The position numbers and the translations under genes are program-made. Positions 10,266 to 19,946 of a DNA stretch of 60,055 nt are shown piece after piece (within the stretch, counting starts at the first letter, position 1; every line of letters starts with the position of its first letter). Below the pieces are notes generated by a model. It did no database searches, was not told where the DNA came from, and saw nothing but the letters and a program-made list of their open reading frames with translations. Source of the stretch: Chloroflexota bacterium (lineage in GTDB: Bacteria > Chloroflexota > Dehalococcoidia > SM23-28-2 > RBG-16-64-32); assembly GCA_022574655.1 (NCBI GenBank), contig JACZRQ010000003.1, forward strand, positions 1-60,055. The letters are read 5' to 3'.

Positions 10266-10907
10266 ATGCAGAGCCACGAGCCCCCAGAGGCTTACCTGAT
10301 TCCGATCGAGGATGGACGAGAAGGCCCGAAGCGCCGCCTGAAGGTTTCGACAATCATCGGACGCGCTCCCGAGTGCGACGTTGCCCTCGGCAGCGCTCGC
10401 GTTTCGAGGCGGCACGCTGAGGTCTTCTGGGACGGCGAGAGGTTTCTCGTTAAAGATCTCGACAGCCTCAACGGGACCAGTCTCGGAGGATCGCATATCA
10501 GGAACGAGGTGCCGCTTACCTCGGGAGATACGATTGAGCTTGCTGATTGTCGACTTCGGTTCGAGCTGGCCGTAGGTAGCCAGACCGAGGTGTTCTTCGT
10601 GGAGGCGTCGGGCCTATCTGTCAACGTCGCTACCCACCAGGTGAGGGTGAACGGGCTGCCAGTAAAGCTAACACCCAAGGAGTTTCTGTTGGTAGCGTTG
10701 CTGCATGCACGCTCGCCTGACGTCGTCTCTTACGAAGAGATCGCAATCTCGGTTTGGCCTGAGTTGGAAGGTCAGGTTCACGAAGACAACGTCACCCAGC
10801 TAGTGGTAAGGCTCCGTCGAGAACTCAACGTTTACTCCACCGGTCTGATCGTGAACGTCAGAGGTTTTGGCTACCGGCTCGATGATACTTCGGGCGAATC
10901 AGCCTAG
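10266..10907 (+). CDS. FHA domain + OmpR/PhoB-type winged-helix transcription regulator
   Basis: FHA motifs IGRAPECD, VSRRHA, DLDSLNGT; C-terminal LTPKEFLLVALL...VWP...VVRLRREL...VRGFGYRL. Confidence 0.88.
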   Translation: MQSHEPPEAYLIPIEDGREGPKRRLKVSTIIGRAPECDVALGSARVSRRHAEVFWDGERFLVKDLDSLNGTSLGGSHIRNEVPLTSGDTIELADCRLRFELAVGSQTEVFFVEASGLSVNVATHQVRVNGLPVKLTPKEFLLVALLHARSPDVVSYEEIAISVWPELEGQVHEDNVTQLVVRLRRELNVYSTGLIVNVRGFGYRLDDTSGESA

Positions 10908-11008
10908 CCTACCATCATTCAATTGTCAGCCAGCTGTAAGTGTTTCTGGCTAGTCCTGTGGTTACGATGAGAGGGAGAAGGCGTCTATTCGGTTGAGGAA
11001 AGGAGCGG

Positions 11009-11815
11009 ATGACGGCGAAGTCGCTACTCAAACGCCTCGGCATCGGCCGTGGCTCGGCCCACACTCGAACCAGGGCTCGGTCCGGGCGCCACGCTGCCCT
11101 GACTGATCTCGGGAAGAAGAGATCGTCCAACCAGGACCAGGCGCTGGCCACGGTGCTTCCCGACGGTGTCCTGCTCCTGGCAGTTGCCGATGGTGTTGGC
11201 GGCGCGGCTGGCGGAGAGATCGCGGCCGCGGTCGCCGTTGAGGAGCTTGCTCACGGGTTTTCACACGGAGCTGGTGATGGCGACGTCAAAGCCAGCCTCC
11301 TAAGCGCGTTCGCACAAGCGAACAACCGGGTCTTGGCTACGGGTCGCGAGATCGCCGATCTGGAGGGACTTGCCACTACGTTGGTCGCGGCGCTTGTCAC
11401 CGGGTCGTCGGCGTGGGTCGCCAGCGTCGGGGATAGCCGTGCCTATCTATACGAGGACGCCCGCGGTCTGCTCCCGCTTACGAAAGATCACACGTGGACC
11501 GCGGACAGGGTACGCGAGGGCAAGATGACGCTGGAGGAAGCGGCCCCGAGCCCGTTCAGCCATGTGATTACGCGGGGAATCGGAGTCGCCGATTCAGTCG
11601 AACCAGACCTGCATGGACCGATCGAACTTCCTCCCGGCTCGGTCCTGCTCCTATGCTCAGATGGCTTGCACGGGCCGGTGAATGATCAAGAGATCGCGGT
11701 CACCATTGCCGCCGGTCCCAGCGAAGATCGAGCAAAGCGCCTGATCGCACTCGCCAACAGTAAGGGGGGACCGGACAACATCGCCGTCGCCATCTTTGAG
11801 GCGGCTGGCGATTGA
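11009..11815 (+). CDS. PP2C/PPM Ser/Thr protein phosphatase (Stp1/PrpC type)
   Basis: RSSNQD, VADGVGG, VGDSRAY, LTKDHT, LLCSDGL, GGPDNI; AAGGAG RBS. Confidence 0.93.
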   Translation: MTAKSLLKRLGIGRGSAHTRTRARSGRHAALTDLGKKRSSNQDQALATVLPDGVLLLAVADGVGGAAGGEIAAAVAVEELAHGFSHGAGDGDVKASLLSAFAQANNRVLATGREIADLEGLATTLVAALVTGSSAWVASVGDSRAYLYEDARGLLPLTKDHTWTADRVREGKMTLEEAAPSPFSHVITRGIGVADSVEPDLHGPIELPPGSVLLLCSDGLHGPVNDQEIAVTIAAGPSEDRAKRLIALANSKGGPDNIAVAIFEAAGD

Positions 11816-11935
11816 CGCGCCTCCCCAACATCGATTCATAGTGTAGACTGGAGCCGCCCCGCGTAGCCTGCGAGCTTTGACGCACTTACCGCTATACTAG
11901 AGCGAGCCGATTCAAGTCATCGGAGCGATCTTTTT

Positions 11936-13504
11936 ATGGCCCGCAACAGTTGGACCGGACAGACGCTAGCCGGACGCTATCAGATCGACGATCTCGCTGG
12001 GCATGGCGGGATGTCGTCTGTCTACAAGGCGAACGACGCCAACCTCAAGCGCATCGTGGCCATCAAGTTCATTCATCAGCACCTCACCGGAGACGTCGAC
12101 TTCCTGAGGCGATTCGAGGCCGAAGCCGAGGCTGTTGCCCAGCTCAGGCACTCGAACATTATCCAGGTGTTCGATTTCAGTCAGGAAGACGGCCAGTACT
12201 ACATGGTGATGGAGTTTGTGCCCGGTGAATCGCTTCAGGATCGTCTCAAGCGGCTCAACGACAGCGGTAGAAGCCTCACTACGGATGAGATCGTGAACAT
12301 CGCGGGTGGTGTCTGCGATGCGGTCGATTACGCGCACAAGCGCGGGATGATACACCGCGACGTTAAACCAGCCAACATTCTGCTCAGTGTCCAAGGCCAG
12401 GCGATCCTTACCGACTTTGGGCTGGCCAAACTTGCTGGAGGCACGCAGCACACTGCCGCCGGCGCCGTTATGGGTACCGCCCTCTACATGTCGCCGGAAC
12501 AGATACGTGGTGAGCAGGTCGATCATCGCACCGACATCTACGCGCTCGGCGTGACTCTATACGAGATGGTCGGTGGGAAGCCGCCTTACTCAGCGGACTC
12601 CGCCATGACGGTGCTTATGATGCACCTGAACGATCCGCTTCCTGACCTGCGTGAGATCGTTCCGGATGCTCCACCCGCGCTCGTAGAGATAGTCGAGAAG
12701 TCGCTTGCCAAGAATCCTGACGATAGATACCCTAGTGCGGCCGAAATGGCAGCAGCGTTGCGATCCTTGGACGACGCGGCTGCTTCGCCGCCGCCCGCTC
12801 CTGCTCCCGACGTCACGATGGTGGCACAACCCGCGGGCGCATCGGGAGCCCCCCCGCCATCGTCCCCTGACGCGACGGTGGTACATCGACCTGGGCAACC
12901 TGCACAGTCGGAGCGAGGGACATCCGCCGCACCGCCGCCTCCGCCTATCCCACCCGTAGCGCAAGACGCTGGCGATCGGTCGGGAGGCCTGCCGCCGTGG
13001 CTCTTCGCCGTTGCTGGAGCTGCGATCGTGGCTGTCGTTGTCGTAGTCCTGCTCGCCGCAGGCGTGTTCAGCGGCGGCGACGACAGCGATAAAGGCATCG
13101 TCGCCGGCGATCTGGATACGCCGACTCCCACGGCCACCGCGCCGGGAGAGACTGAACCCCCGACAGATGTGCCGACGGACACCCCAACGCCAGCCGGTCC
13201 TTTCGCGCAGATCAATGGCATCACGCTGTCCGGCAGCACATATGTCGTCGACTACGAGACCTTCGGCTACACAGAGATACTTCCCGGGATGCATGTCCAC
13301 TTCTTTTTCGACACCGTTACCCAGGAGGAGGCGGGTGTCCCCGGTGACGGGCCGTGGATACTCTACGGAGGACCTCGCCCATTTACCGGCTACGAAGTTG
13401 ACGAAAAGCCCGCGTCCGCCACCGAGATGTGCGCCTTGGCTGCCCGCGAAGAGCACTCCGTATACGCTGACAGCGGCAACTGCTGGCCTCTCCCCGACGC
13501 CTAA
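11936..13504 (+). CDS. Transmembrane Hanks-type Ser/Thr kinase with small extracellular beta domain
   Basis: GHGGMSSVY, VAIK, HRDVKPAN, DFG, YMSPE; Pro-rich juxtamembrane linker, TM helix, PT linker, C-terminal domain with two Cys. Confidence 0.93.
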   Translation: MARNSWTGQTLAGRYQIDDLAGHGGMSSVYKANDANLKRIVAIKFIHQHLTGDVDFLRRFEAEAEAVAQLRHSNIIQVFDFSQEDGQYYMVMEFVPGESLQDRLKRLNDSGRSLTTDEIVNIAGGVCDAVDYAHKRGMIHRDVKPANILLSVQGQAILTDFGLAKLAGGTQHTAAGAVMGTALYMSPEQIRGEQVDHRTDIYALGVTLYEMVGGKPPYSADSAMTVLMMHLNDPLPDLREIVPDAPPALVEIVEKSLAKNPDDRYPSAAEMAAALRSLDDAAASPPPAPAPDVTMVAQPAGASGAPPPSSPDATVVHRPGQPAQSERGTSAAPPPPPIPPVAQDAGDRSGGLPPWLFAVAGAAIVAVVVVVLLAAGVFSGGDDSDKGIVAGDLDTPTPTATAPGETEPPTDVPTDTPTPAGPFAQINGITLSGSTYVVDYETFGYTEILPGMHVHFFFDTVTQEEAGVPGDGPWILYGGPRPFTGYEVDEKPASATEMCALAAREEHSVYADSGNCWPLPDA

Positions 13505-13617
13505 GCAGAGGGCCTGGCGGTACCTCGTCATAGCGCGCTCGCCATGCTTGCAGTAGCATGATGGCCTGAACTTATGGCACAGGTTCTCTGCCCGCAATCG
13601 AAGTATCTCCTTGGTGG

Positions 13618-16386
13618 ATGTCGATGCCCGCGATAGTCGAAATCCGCTACGGTAGACAGACCCGGGAATTTTCCCTTGCAGAGGATCGTGCAACTACTAT
13701 CGGCAGAGCCGTCGAGAACGATATCGTTTTCGACGATTCGCTTGTATCTCGCCGCCACGCGCGGATCGATTTGAAGGCCGGCGCATACTTCATCACCGAT
13801 CTCGGTAGCGCGAACGGAACCCGTGTCGCCAATCGGGAAATTGCCCCGCGCGAACCGCAAGCGCTCGCCGATGGAGATCAGATCGAGATAGGCGGATTTC
13901 ACCTAACGTATCGCTCATCCGGCCGCGGTCCGGGCGCGACGCAAGTGGCTCAGGCCGCGCCTGTGGGCGAGGCCTTCACGTTCGTCGTACAGCTCCAGCC
14001 CAGGCTCGTTGTAACGACTTCCGAATCGACGCGAGAATTTCCGCTCAGGGGCGATAGGCTCGTCTTGGGTCGAAGCCCTGAGAACGAAATCGTCATTGAT
14101 GCCTCAGGCATCTCCCGTCAACATGCGGAACTGACTCAGTCATCCGGGAGATGGACCATCACGGATCTGAGCAGTACCAACGGCCTGACCTTTCACGGAG
14201 AGCGTATCGCCACAAGAGTGTTAAGCGACGGTGACGTGATCTGGGTTGCAGACTCGGTTTCCCTCACCTTCCGCGTGGCGCCAGACCTCGGCCAGGAGGA
14301 GCCTGCGTCGCAGAGCCTCGACCTCACGGGGCGGCGCGAGATCACCATCGGGCGCAATCCACACGCTGACGTTACCGTGTCCCACCCCACGGTCTCTAGG
14401 ATGCATGCCCGCCTTGCCATCCGTGATGGACGATACGTCGTAGAGGACCTTGCATCGAGCAATGGCACGTTTGTCAACGGCGAACCGGTGATGCCGGGTG
14501 CGCCCCGCCGTCTCGATCCCGGCGACTCGATCCGCATAGGCCCGGTGAAGTTCAACTTCTCCGAAGAGGCGCTCCAGCAAGTTGATGAGTCCAAGGATCT
14601 GCGTCTCGATGCCCTTCACCTGAATCAACCCGTCGCCAAGGGCGTCAACCTGCTGCAGGATATCTCGCTGTCCATTAACCCGCGCGAATTCGTCGCGGTC
14701 GTCGGTGTAAGCGGCGCCGGGAAGTCGACGCTTCTCGATTCGTTGAACGGATTTCGGCCGGCTCGACGCGGGGCCGTCCTCATCAACGGCACCGACCTCT
14801 ATAAAAACTTCGATGCATATCGGGCTGACCTGGGGTACGTCCCTCAGGATGACATAATCCACAAGGAGCTTCCCGTGGAAGCGGCACTAGACTACTCCGC
14901 CCGGCTTCGCCTCCCATCGGATACGACTAGGGATGAGCGGCGAGAGCGTGTCAGGGAGGTCATGGCCACCCTCGGTCTCACAGAGCGCAGTCATATGCCG
15001 ATCGCGCGCTTGAGCGGTGGACAGCGTAAGCGGGTTTCGATCGGCGTTGAACTGCTCACGAAGCCCGGCCTCTTCTATCTCGACGAGGCCACCTCCGGTC
15101 TCGATCCCGGCACCGAGAGCCAGATGATGCGGCTGCTGCGGAAACTGGCTGATGACGGTCACACAATCCTTCTCGTCACGCACGCCACAAAGAACGTCAT
15201 GCTTTGCGATCAAGTGATCTTCCTCGCCGCTGGTGGAAACCTGGCGTTCTTCGGGCCGCCGGACGAGGCGCTGAAACACTTCGAGATCAATGACTTCGAT
15301 GAGATTTACGAGAAGCTTGAGGATGAACTGAGTCCGGAGGAATGGGCGGAACGCTATCGCCAGTCCGACGCCTACCGGCGCTTCGTCGCCGAGCGTCTGA
15401 ACAACCACTACGGCGAACGGGGATCGGTCGCTTCGGCGCCGCCAGTCGCGCCTCGTGCCGCAGCCGGGCCAGCGAAGCGCCCCGAGAGCGCGCCTCGGAA
15501 AGTCTCAGCGCTGCGGCAGTTTTGGATCCTTTCGGCACGATACCTGGAGATCATCCGGCGTGACAGAACGAACCTCGCTCTGATGTTCCTGATCGCGCCT
15601 ATTCTCGGCACCATAGACCTGCTTGCATGGGAGCGTAACGTTCTCGATCCCCTTGAAGGCGACGTCACGTCGACGATGACGATGCTGTTCATGGCGGCTT
15701 TGATCCCGTTTCTGGTCGGAGCGATGACTTCAGTACGGGAAATCGTCAAGGAATCGCCGGTGTATCACCGAGAGCGCACCGTGACCCTAAAGATCGCGCC
15801 ATACCTGTTATCCAAGATTTGGGTCGGGTTTCTGTTCGCCCTCTACCATGCTGCGGCATTCTTCGCCCTGAAGATGCTCGCCGTCGACTTCTCACAATCC
15901 AGCACTGCAGACCTGGCCCAGCTGTACGGCACGCTCGCTTTCGCCACGATGTCCGGGGTCATGTGGGGACTGCTGATATCGACTGTTGTTCCGCGGGAAG
16001 AGCAGGCCATGGTGCTCGTCATCGGAATCGTCGTCGTACAGATGGTCTTCTCCGGAGGGCTGCTTGCCTTGAGCGATCTGGGCGTAGCGGGAGACGTGCT
16101 CGGCTCGATCACAAGCACTAAATGGGTCTTCCAGGCGCTCGTAGCGTCGGCCCAGGTGATGCAAGGCGAGTGCTTTGAGGCGACTTTGGAGACCTGCCAG
16201 CTACCGGGATTGCTCGCCTTTCAAGATGATCCGGGCACGCAGCGCGCTCTGGTCGACCCCATACTTGAGAAGTTCGGCGGGGTTTTCGGCGAAAGCGTTC
16301 GCAAAACCTGGATCGCCCTGGGTTCGATCATCGGCGGTGTCTTCGTCATCCTGCTTTTCCTTCAGAAGCGCAAAGACGTCGTCTAG
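13618..16386 (+). CDS. Triple-FHA ABC transporter (FHA-FHA-FHA-ATPase-ABC2 permease; Rv1747-like)
   Basis: Three GR...S..H...NG FHA motifs; Walker A GVSGAGKS, LSGGQRKR, LDEATSGLD, VTH; several C-terminal TM helices. Confidence 0.92.
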   Translation: MSMPAIVEIRYGRQTREFSLAEDRATTIGRAVENDIVFDDSLVSRRHARIDLKAGAYFITDLGSANGTRVANREIAPREPQALADGDQIEIGGFHLTYRSSGRGPGATQVAQAAPVGEAFTFVVQLQPRLVVTTSESTREFPLRGDRLVLGRSPENEIVIDASGISRQHAELTQSSGRWTITDLSSTNGLTFHGERIATRVLSDGDVIWVADSVSLTFRVAPDLGQEEPASQSLDLTGRREITIGRNPHADVTVSHPTVSRMHARLAIRDGRYVVEDLASSNGTFVNGEPVMPGAPRRLDPGDSIRIGPVKFNFSEEALQQVDESKDLRLDALHLNQPVAKGVNLLQDISLSINPREFVAVVGVSGAGKSTLLDSLNGFRPARRGAVLINGTDLYKNFDAYRADLGYVPQDDIIHKELPVEAALDYSARLRLPSDTTRDERRERVREVMATLGLTERSHMPIARLSGGQRKRVSIGVELLTKPGLFYLDEATSGLDPGTESQMMRLLRKLADDGHTILLVTHATKNVMLCDQVIFLAAGGNLAFFGPPDEALKHFEINDFDEIYEKLEDELSPEEWAERYRQSDAYRRFVAERLNNHYGERGSVASAPPVAPRAAAGPAKRPESAPRKVSALRQFWILSARYLEIIRRDRTNLALMFLIAPILGTIDLLAWERNVLDPLEGDVTSTMTMLFMAALIPFLVGAMTSVREIVKESPVYHRERTVTLKIAPYLLSKIWVGFLFALYHAAAFFALKMLAVDFSQSSTADLAQLYGTLAFATMSGVMWGLLISTVVPREEQAMVLVIGIVVVQMVFSGGLLALSDLGVAGDVLGSITSTKWVFQALVASAQVMQGECFEATLETCQLPGLLAFQDDPGTQRALVDPILEKFGGVFGESVRKTWIALGSIIGGVFVILLFLQKRKDVV

Positions 16387-16568
16387 CGCTTCGTTTCTCT
16401 GCCGGCATCATCGCGCGGCCGCTGGCCTACAGCTGCTATGCGCGCGAAGGCATTGCGGTTGTTGAAGTCTGTTAGCCAGACGGCCTCGAAACCCGACTCC
16501 TCTACGAGCTCGGCGAACTCGATCAGATCTTGATCAGGTCGGGGATAGAACGACGGATCGGCGCCTAT
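16383..16568 (-). pseudogene. Truncated N-terminal remnant of a second LLM-class flavin-dependent oxidoreductase
   Basis: Manual translation: IGADPSFYPRPDQDLIEFAELVEESGFEAVWLTDFNNRNAFARIAAVGQR then junk and TAG. Resembles the LLM/Mer N-terminus (AEExGF..VW); no clear start codon. Confidence 0.6.
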
Positions 16569-17659
16569 CAGCCCCAGGCCTCCGCCTTCTTGAAGTGCGG
16601 CAGCACCTCATCGCCGAATCGTTGCAGCGACTCCATGATCGCCTCGTGCTTCGTCGGCCCGTGCTGCACCAGGAAGATCAATTGATCGATGCCTTGCGCT
16701 TGGTAGTGGCTGATCACCTGGCGGCACTTCTCAGGACCTCCCACGCATAGGATCGCGTCGTCGGCCATCTGTGCCACGTTGACCTCCGTGCTTGCCTGGC
16801 CCTTCTTGAACTGCTCGGCGTACCACTGATACGACTCGTTATTGCTCTGAGCCCACAGCGCATAGAGGGTGTTCGTAGCCCGCACGTACCACTCGGCGCC
16901 GGGACCAGCCAGCGACATCGCATCAGCGTCGTCTCTACCGCAGAACATCAGCGTGAACCCTGCGAAGTTGTTGTTCACGAACTCGCCGACCGGATTGCTC
17001 TTCTCGATACCTTCTCGGTATTTCTGCACCTTCTCATCCAGCGCCTCAGGGTCCGTGTAGCTGAAGTGCAGGAACCCCAGCCCCCGCTCGGCGGCCAGGA
17101 ACGCGGAGGACGGTTGCGTTCCCGCCATCCACATCGGCGGGTGTGGCTTCTGGAGCGGCTTCGGCAAGATGTTGCGCACCGGGATCTTCATACGCTCGCT
17201 GTCCCAGGAGAACTCGTTCTGCGTCCACATCTTCGGGATCATCCGAATCGCTTCGTCCCACTCGTCGCGGTTTGTGTCGGGGTCTACGCCGAACGGCTCC
17301 ATCTCGAAGAACGTGGCGGAGCGGCCCGTCCCGAACTCGAGCCTCCCGTTGCTGATGATGTCGAGCGTAGCCGCTCGTTCGGCCACGCGAATCGGATGAT
17401 TGTACCCAAAGGGCAGCAGCACAACCCCGTGTCCGATTCGAATCGTAGAGGTGTGCTGGCTGACGGCTGCGAGGAAGACCTCCGGAGCGGAAGAGATCGA
17501 GAACTCGCCTAGGAAATGATGCTCGACCTCCCACACGTAGTCGAAACCGACCTTCTCCGCCAGCTTGATCTGCTCGAGGGACTCCGTGAACACTTGGCGC
17601 TGGCTATCATCGTCCCAGGGCTGTACCTTCTCGATTTCGTAGAGGAGTCCAAACTTCAT
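16568..17659 (-). CDS. LLM-class flavin-dependent oxidoreductase (luciferase-like monooxygenase)
   Basis: MKFGLLYE, AEKVGFDYVWEVEHHF, RIGHGVVLLP, AERAATLDIISNGRLEFGTGR, PKPLQKPHPP. Confidence 0.92.
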   Translation of the reverse strand: MKFGLLYEIEKVQPWDDDSQRQVFTESLEQIKLAEKVGFDYVWEVEHHFLGEFSISSAPEVFLAAVSQHTSTIRIGHGVVLLPFGYNHPIRVAERAATLDIISNGRLEFGTGRSATFFEMEPFGVDPDTNRDEWDEAIRMIPKMWTQNEFSWDSERMKIPVRNILPKPLQKPHPPMWMAGTQPSSAFLAAERGLGFLHFSYTDPEALDEKVQKYREGIEKSNPVGEFVNNNFAGFTLMFCGRDDADAMSLAGPGAEWYVRATNTLYALWAQSNNESYQWYAEQFKKGQASTEVNVAQMADDAILCVGGPEKCRQVISHYQAQGIDQLIFLVQHGPTKHEAIMESLQRFGDEVLPHFKKAEAWG

Positions 17660-17680
17660 GGTCGTTTCCTTCTCGCTGGC

Positions 17681-18121
17681 CTAGTTGGCTCCTTTGTCGA
17701 CTATCCGATAGACGACCGTGCCCTGAGCGCACAACTTGCCACTCTCAGTGGTTACCCTCACGTCGCTGTAGATGAGCTCCTTTCCACGTTTCATGATTCG
17801 GCCCTCAGCGTAGCAAGCCTCGCCGATCACCCCTGAAAGGTAGTTGACGTGGAGCCCGACTGTTGAGCCGAAGTAACGAGGATCGCCGAGCTCTGCCGTT
17901 GTCCAAGCGGCGAGTGACCCCGTCGTGTCTATCAGAGACGCGATAGCGCCTCCGTGCAAGGCGTCTGCGGCAGTTGAGTTCTCCTTCTTGTAGGGCAGCT
18001 TCAGCTTCACAAACCCCTCGCCGCCGTTCACGTACTCCATCCCCAGGTGGCGCATAAACGGGATGAGGCTGATCCCCCTAGCGATGCGTTTCAAGCTCTG
18101 GCTGGCGATATCTGCGCTCAT
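17681..18121 (-). CDS. PaaI-family hotdog-fold thioesterase
   Basis: LHGGAIASLIDT motif; ATG 18121 after GGAGGA RBS. Confidence 0.88.
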   Translation of the reverse strand: MSADIASQSLKRIARGISLIPFMRHLGMEYVNGGEGFVKLKLPYKKENSTAADALHGGAIASLIDTTGSLAAWTTAELGDPRYFGSTVGLHVNYLSGVIGEACYAEGRIMKRGKELIYSDVRVTTESGKLCAQGTVVYRIVDKGAN

Positions 18122-18306
18122 TGCTCCTCCGGTTTTAGGCGCTCGCTGGGGATTATACGCACACGCGATCACTTCTGGGCCACGCCCCTGATTGCGTCCC
18201 TTCGGTCGGCGCGACTACAATACGGGTCGCTACCACGGTGCCGCCCCTTGTGGGCTTCCGAGCCCACTCCGGCAAGATAGGCCTCCGCAAGCAGGACGGA
18301 ATAATA

Positions 18307-19944
18307 GTGGAACTCTGGCGAACGAGCATCGACACGAACTCTGACGGCTTCCGTGCGAATCGTGAGGCCATGAACGCCCTCCTCGAGGAAATCGAGGCGC
18401 AGCTCGAAGTGGCTCTTGCCGGCGGCGGAGAACGCAGCGTCGAACGGCTTCGTAAGCGTGGCAAGATGATGATCCGCGAGCGCATTGAACTGATGCTCGA
18501 CCGTGACTCTCCGTTTCTCGAACTGAGTCCGCTCGCGGGCTGGGGCACTGACTACGCCGTTGGCGGCGGTTTCGTGACGGGCATCGGCGTCGTGTCAGGC
18601 GTCGAGTGCATCATCGCAGGCAACGACCCGACAGTCCTCGGCGGCGCAATAACGCCCATCGTTGGCAAGAAGATCGACCGAGCTCTCGAGATATCACGGC
18701 TCAATCGACTGCCGTACATCCAATTCGTAGAGTCCGCTGGCGCCGACCTGCGAGGTGGGAGCGGTAGTAGCGGCTCATTCGAGGACGCGATGCGACGGCA
18801 ATTGAGCCACTTCGCCGAGAGCGGCCGACTCTTCCATGACATAACCGAATTGTCGGCAATGAGGATACCAACGGTCTCGGTCGTCTTCGGCAGCTCGACC
18901 GCCGGTGGCGCTTACCAGCCCGGCATGTCCGACTACAACATCTTTATACGAGAGCGATCAAAGGTGTTCTTGGGTGGTCCGCCGCTGGTGAAGATGGCGA
19001 CCGGCGAGGACTCGCGCGACGAAGAGCTGGGTGGAGCGGAGATGCATGCGACGAAATCCGGTCTCGCCGATTACCTGGCGGAAGACGAAATCGAGGCGCT
19101 CCGCATGGCTCGCAGTGTCATGAGACACCTCAACTGGCGCAAGCTGGGCCCGGGCCCGACGATGCCCGCGGATGAGCCACTGTACAGCCGCGATGATCTC
19201 CTCGGTCTCTTGCCGGTCGATCTGCGCACCCCGATGGATATACGCGAGATCATCGGACGCATCGTCGATGGCTCCCGCTTCGAGGAGTTCAAGCCGCTGT
19301 ACGGCCGCACGCTCGTCACGGGCTGGGCATCGATACATGGCTTCCCGGTCGGCATCATCGGCAACAACGGAGTGATCTTTTCAGAGGAGTCCGAGAAGGC
19401 GGCGCAGTTCATTCAGCTTTGCAACCAGATCGATGTTCCGATTATTTTCCTGCAAAACATCACCGGCTACATGGTTGGCAAGGTCTATGAGCAGGGCGGC
19501 ATCATTAAGGACGGCTCGAAGATGCTCAACGCCGTCTCTAACTCGAAAGTCCCGCATATCACGATCATCATCGGCGCCAGCTACGGCGCTGGAAACTACG
19601 GAATGAGCGGCCGGGCTTACGACACTCGATTCATCTTCACCTGGCCGACGGCCAAGATCTCTGTCATGGGACCGAAGCAGTTCGCCGGCGTCATGTCCAT
19701 CGTCCGGCGCGGGTCGGCGGCTGCCAAGGGCCTGGAGTTCGATGAGGAAGAGGACGCTCGTGTCACGGTCGCGGTGGAGGACCGAATCGAAAAGACGTCG
19801 CTCGCTCTCTACGCGACCGGACGCGTCGTTGATGACGGGATCATCGATCCCCGCGACACGCGGACCGTGCTTGGCATTACTCTTTCCGCCTGTCACAACG
19901 GTGAAATCAAGGGCGCCGAGGGCTACGGCGTTTACAGAATGTAA
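18307..19944 (+). CDS. Acyl-CoA carboxylase carboxyltransferase (beta) subunit, AtuC/MCC-beta-like
   Basis: RERIELMLD, VESAGADL, STAGGAY, GGPPLVKMATGE, GASYGAGNYGM, DGIIDPRDTR. Probable GTG start at 18307. Confidence 0.92.
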   Translation: MELWRTSIDTNSDGFRANREAMNALLEEIEAQLEVALAGGGERSVERLRKRGKMMIRERIELMLDRDSPFLELSPLAGWGTDYAVGGGFVTGIGVVSGVECIIAGNDPTVLGGAITPIVGKKIDRALEISRLNRLPYIQFVESAGADLRGGSGSSGSFEDAMRRQLSHFAESGRLFHDITELSAMRIPTVSVVFGSSTAGGAYQPGMSDYNIFIRERSKVFLGGPPLVKMATGEDSRDEELGGAEMHATKSGLADYLAEDEIEALRMARSVMRHLNWRKLGPGPTMPADEPLYSRDDLLGLLPVDLRTPMDIREIIGRIVDGSRFEEFKPLYGRTLVTGWASIHGFPVGIIGNNGVIFSEESEKAAQFIQLCNQIDVPIIFLQNITGYMVGKVYEQGGIIKDGSKMLNAVSNSKVPHITIIIGASYGAGNYGMSGRAYDTRFIFTWPTAKISVMGPKQFAGVMSIVRRGSAAAKGLEFDEEEDARVTVAVEDRIEKTSLALYATGRVVDDGIIDPRDTRTVLGITLSACHNGEIKGAEGYGVYRM

Positions 19945-19946
19945 CG

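Noticed and set aside
12590-13693. 367-aa minus-strand ORF
   Set aside because: Antisense shadow of the GC-rich kinase gene; Arg/Gly-rich with no motifs.
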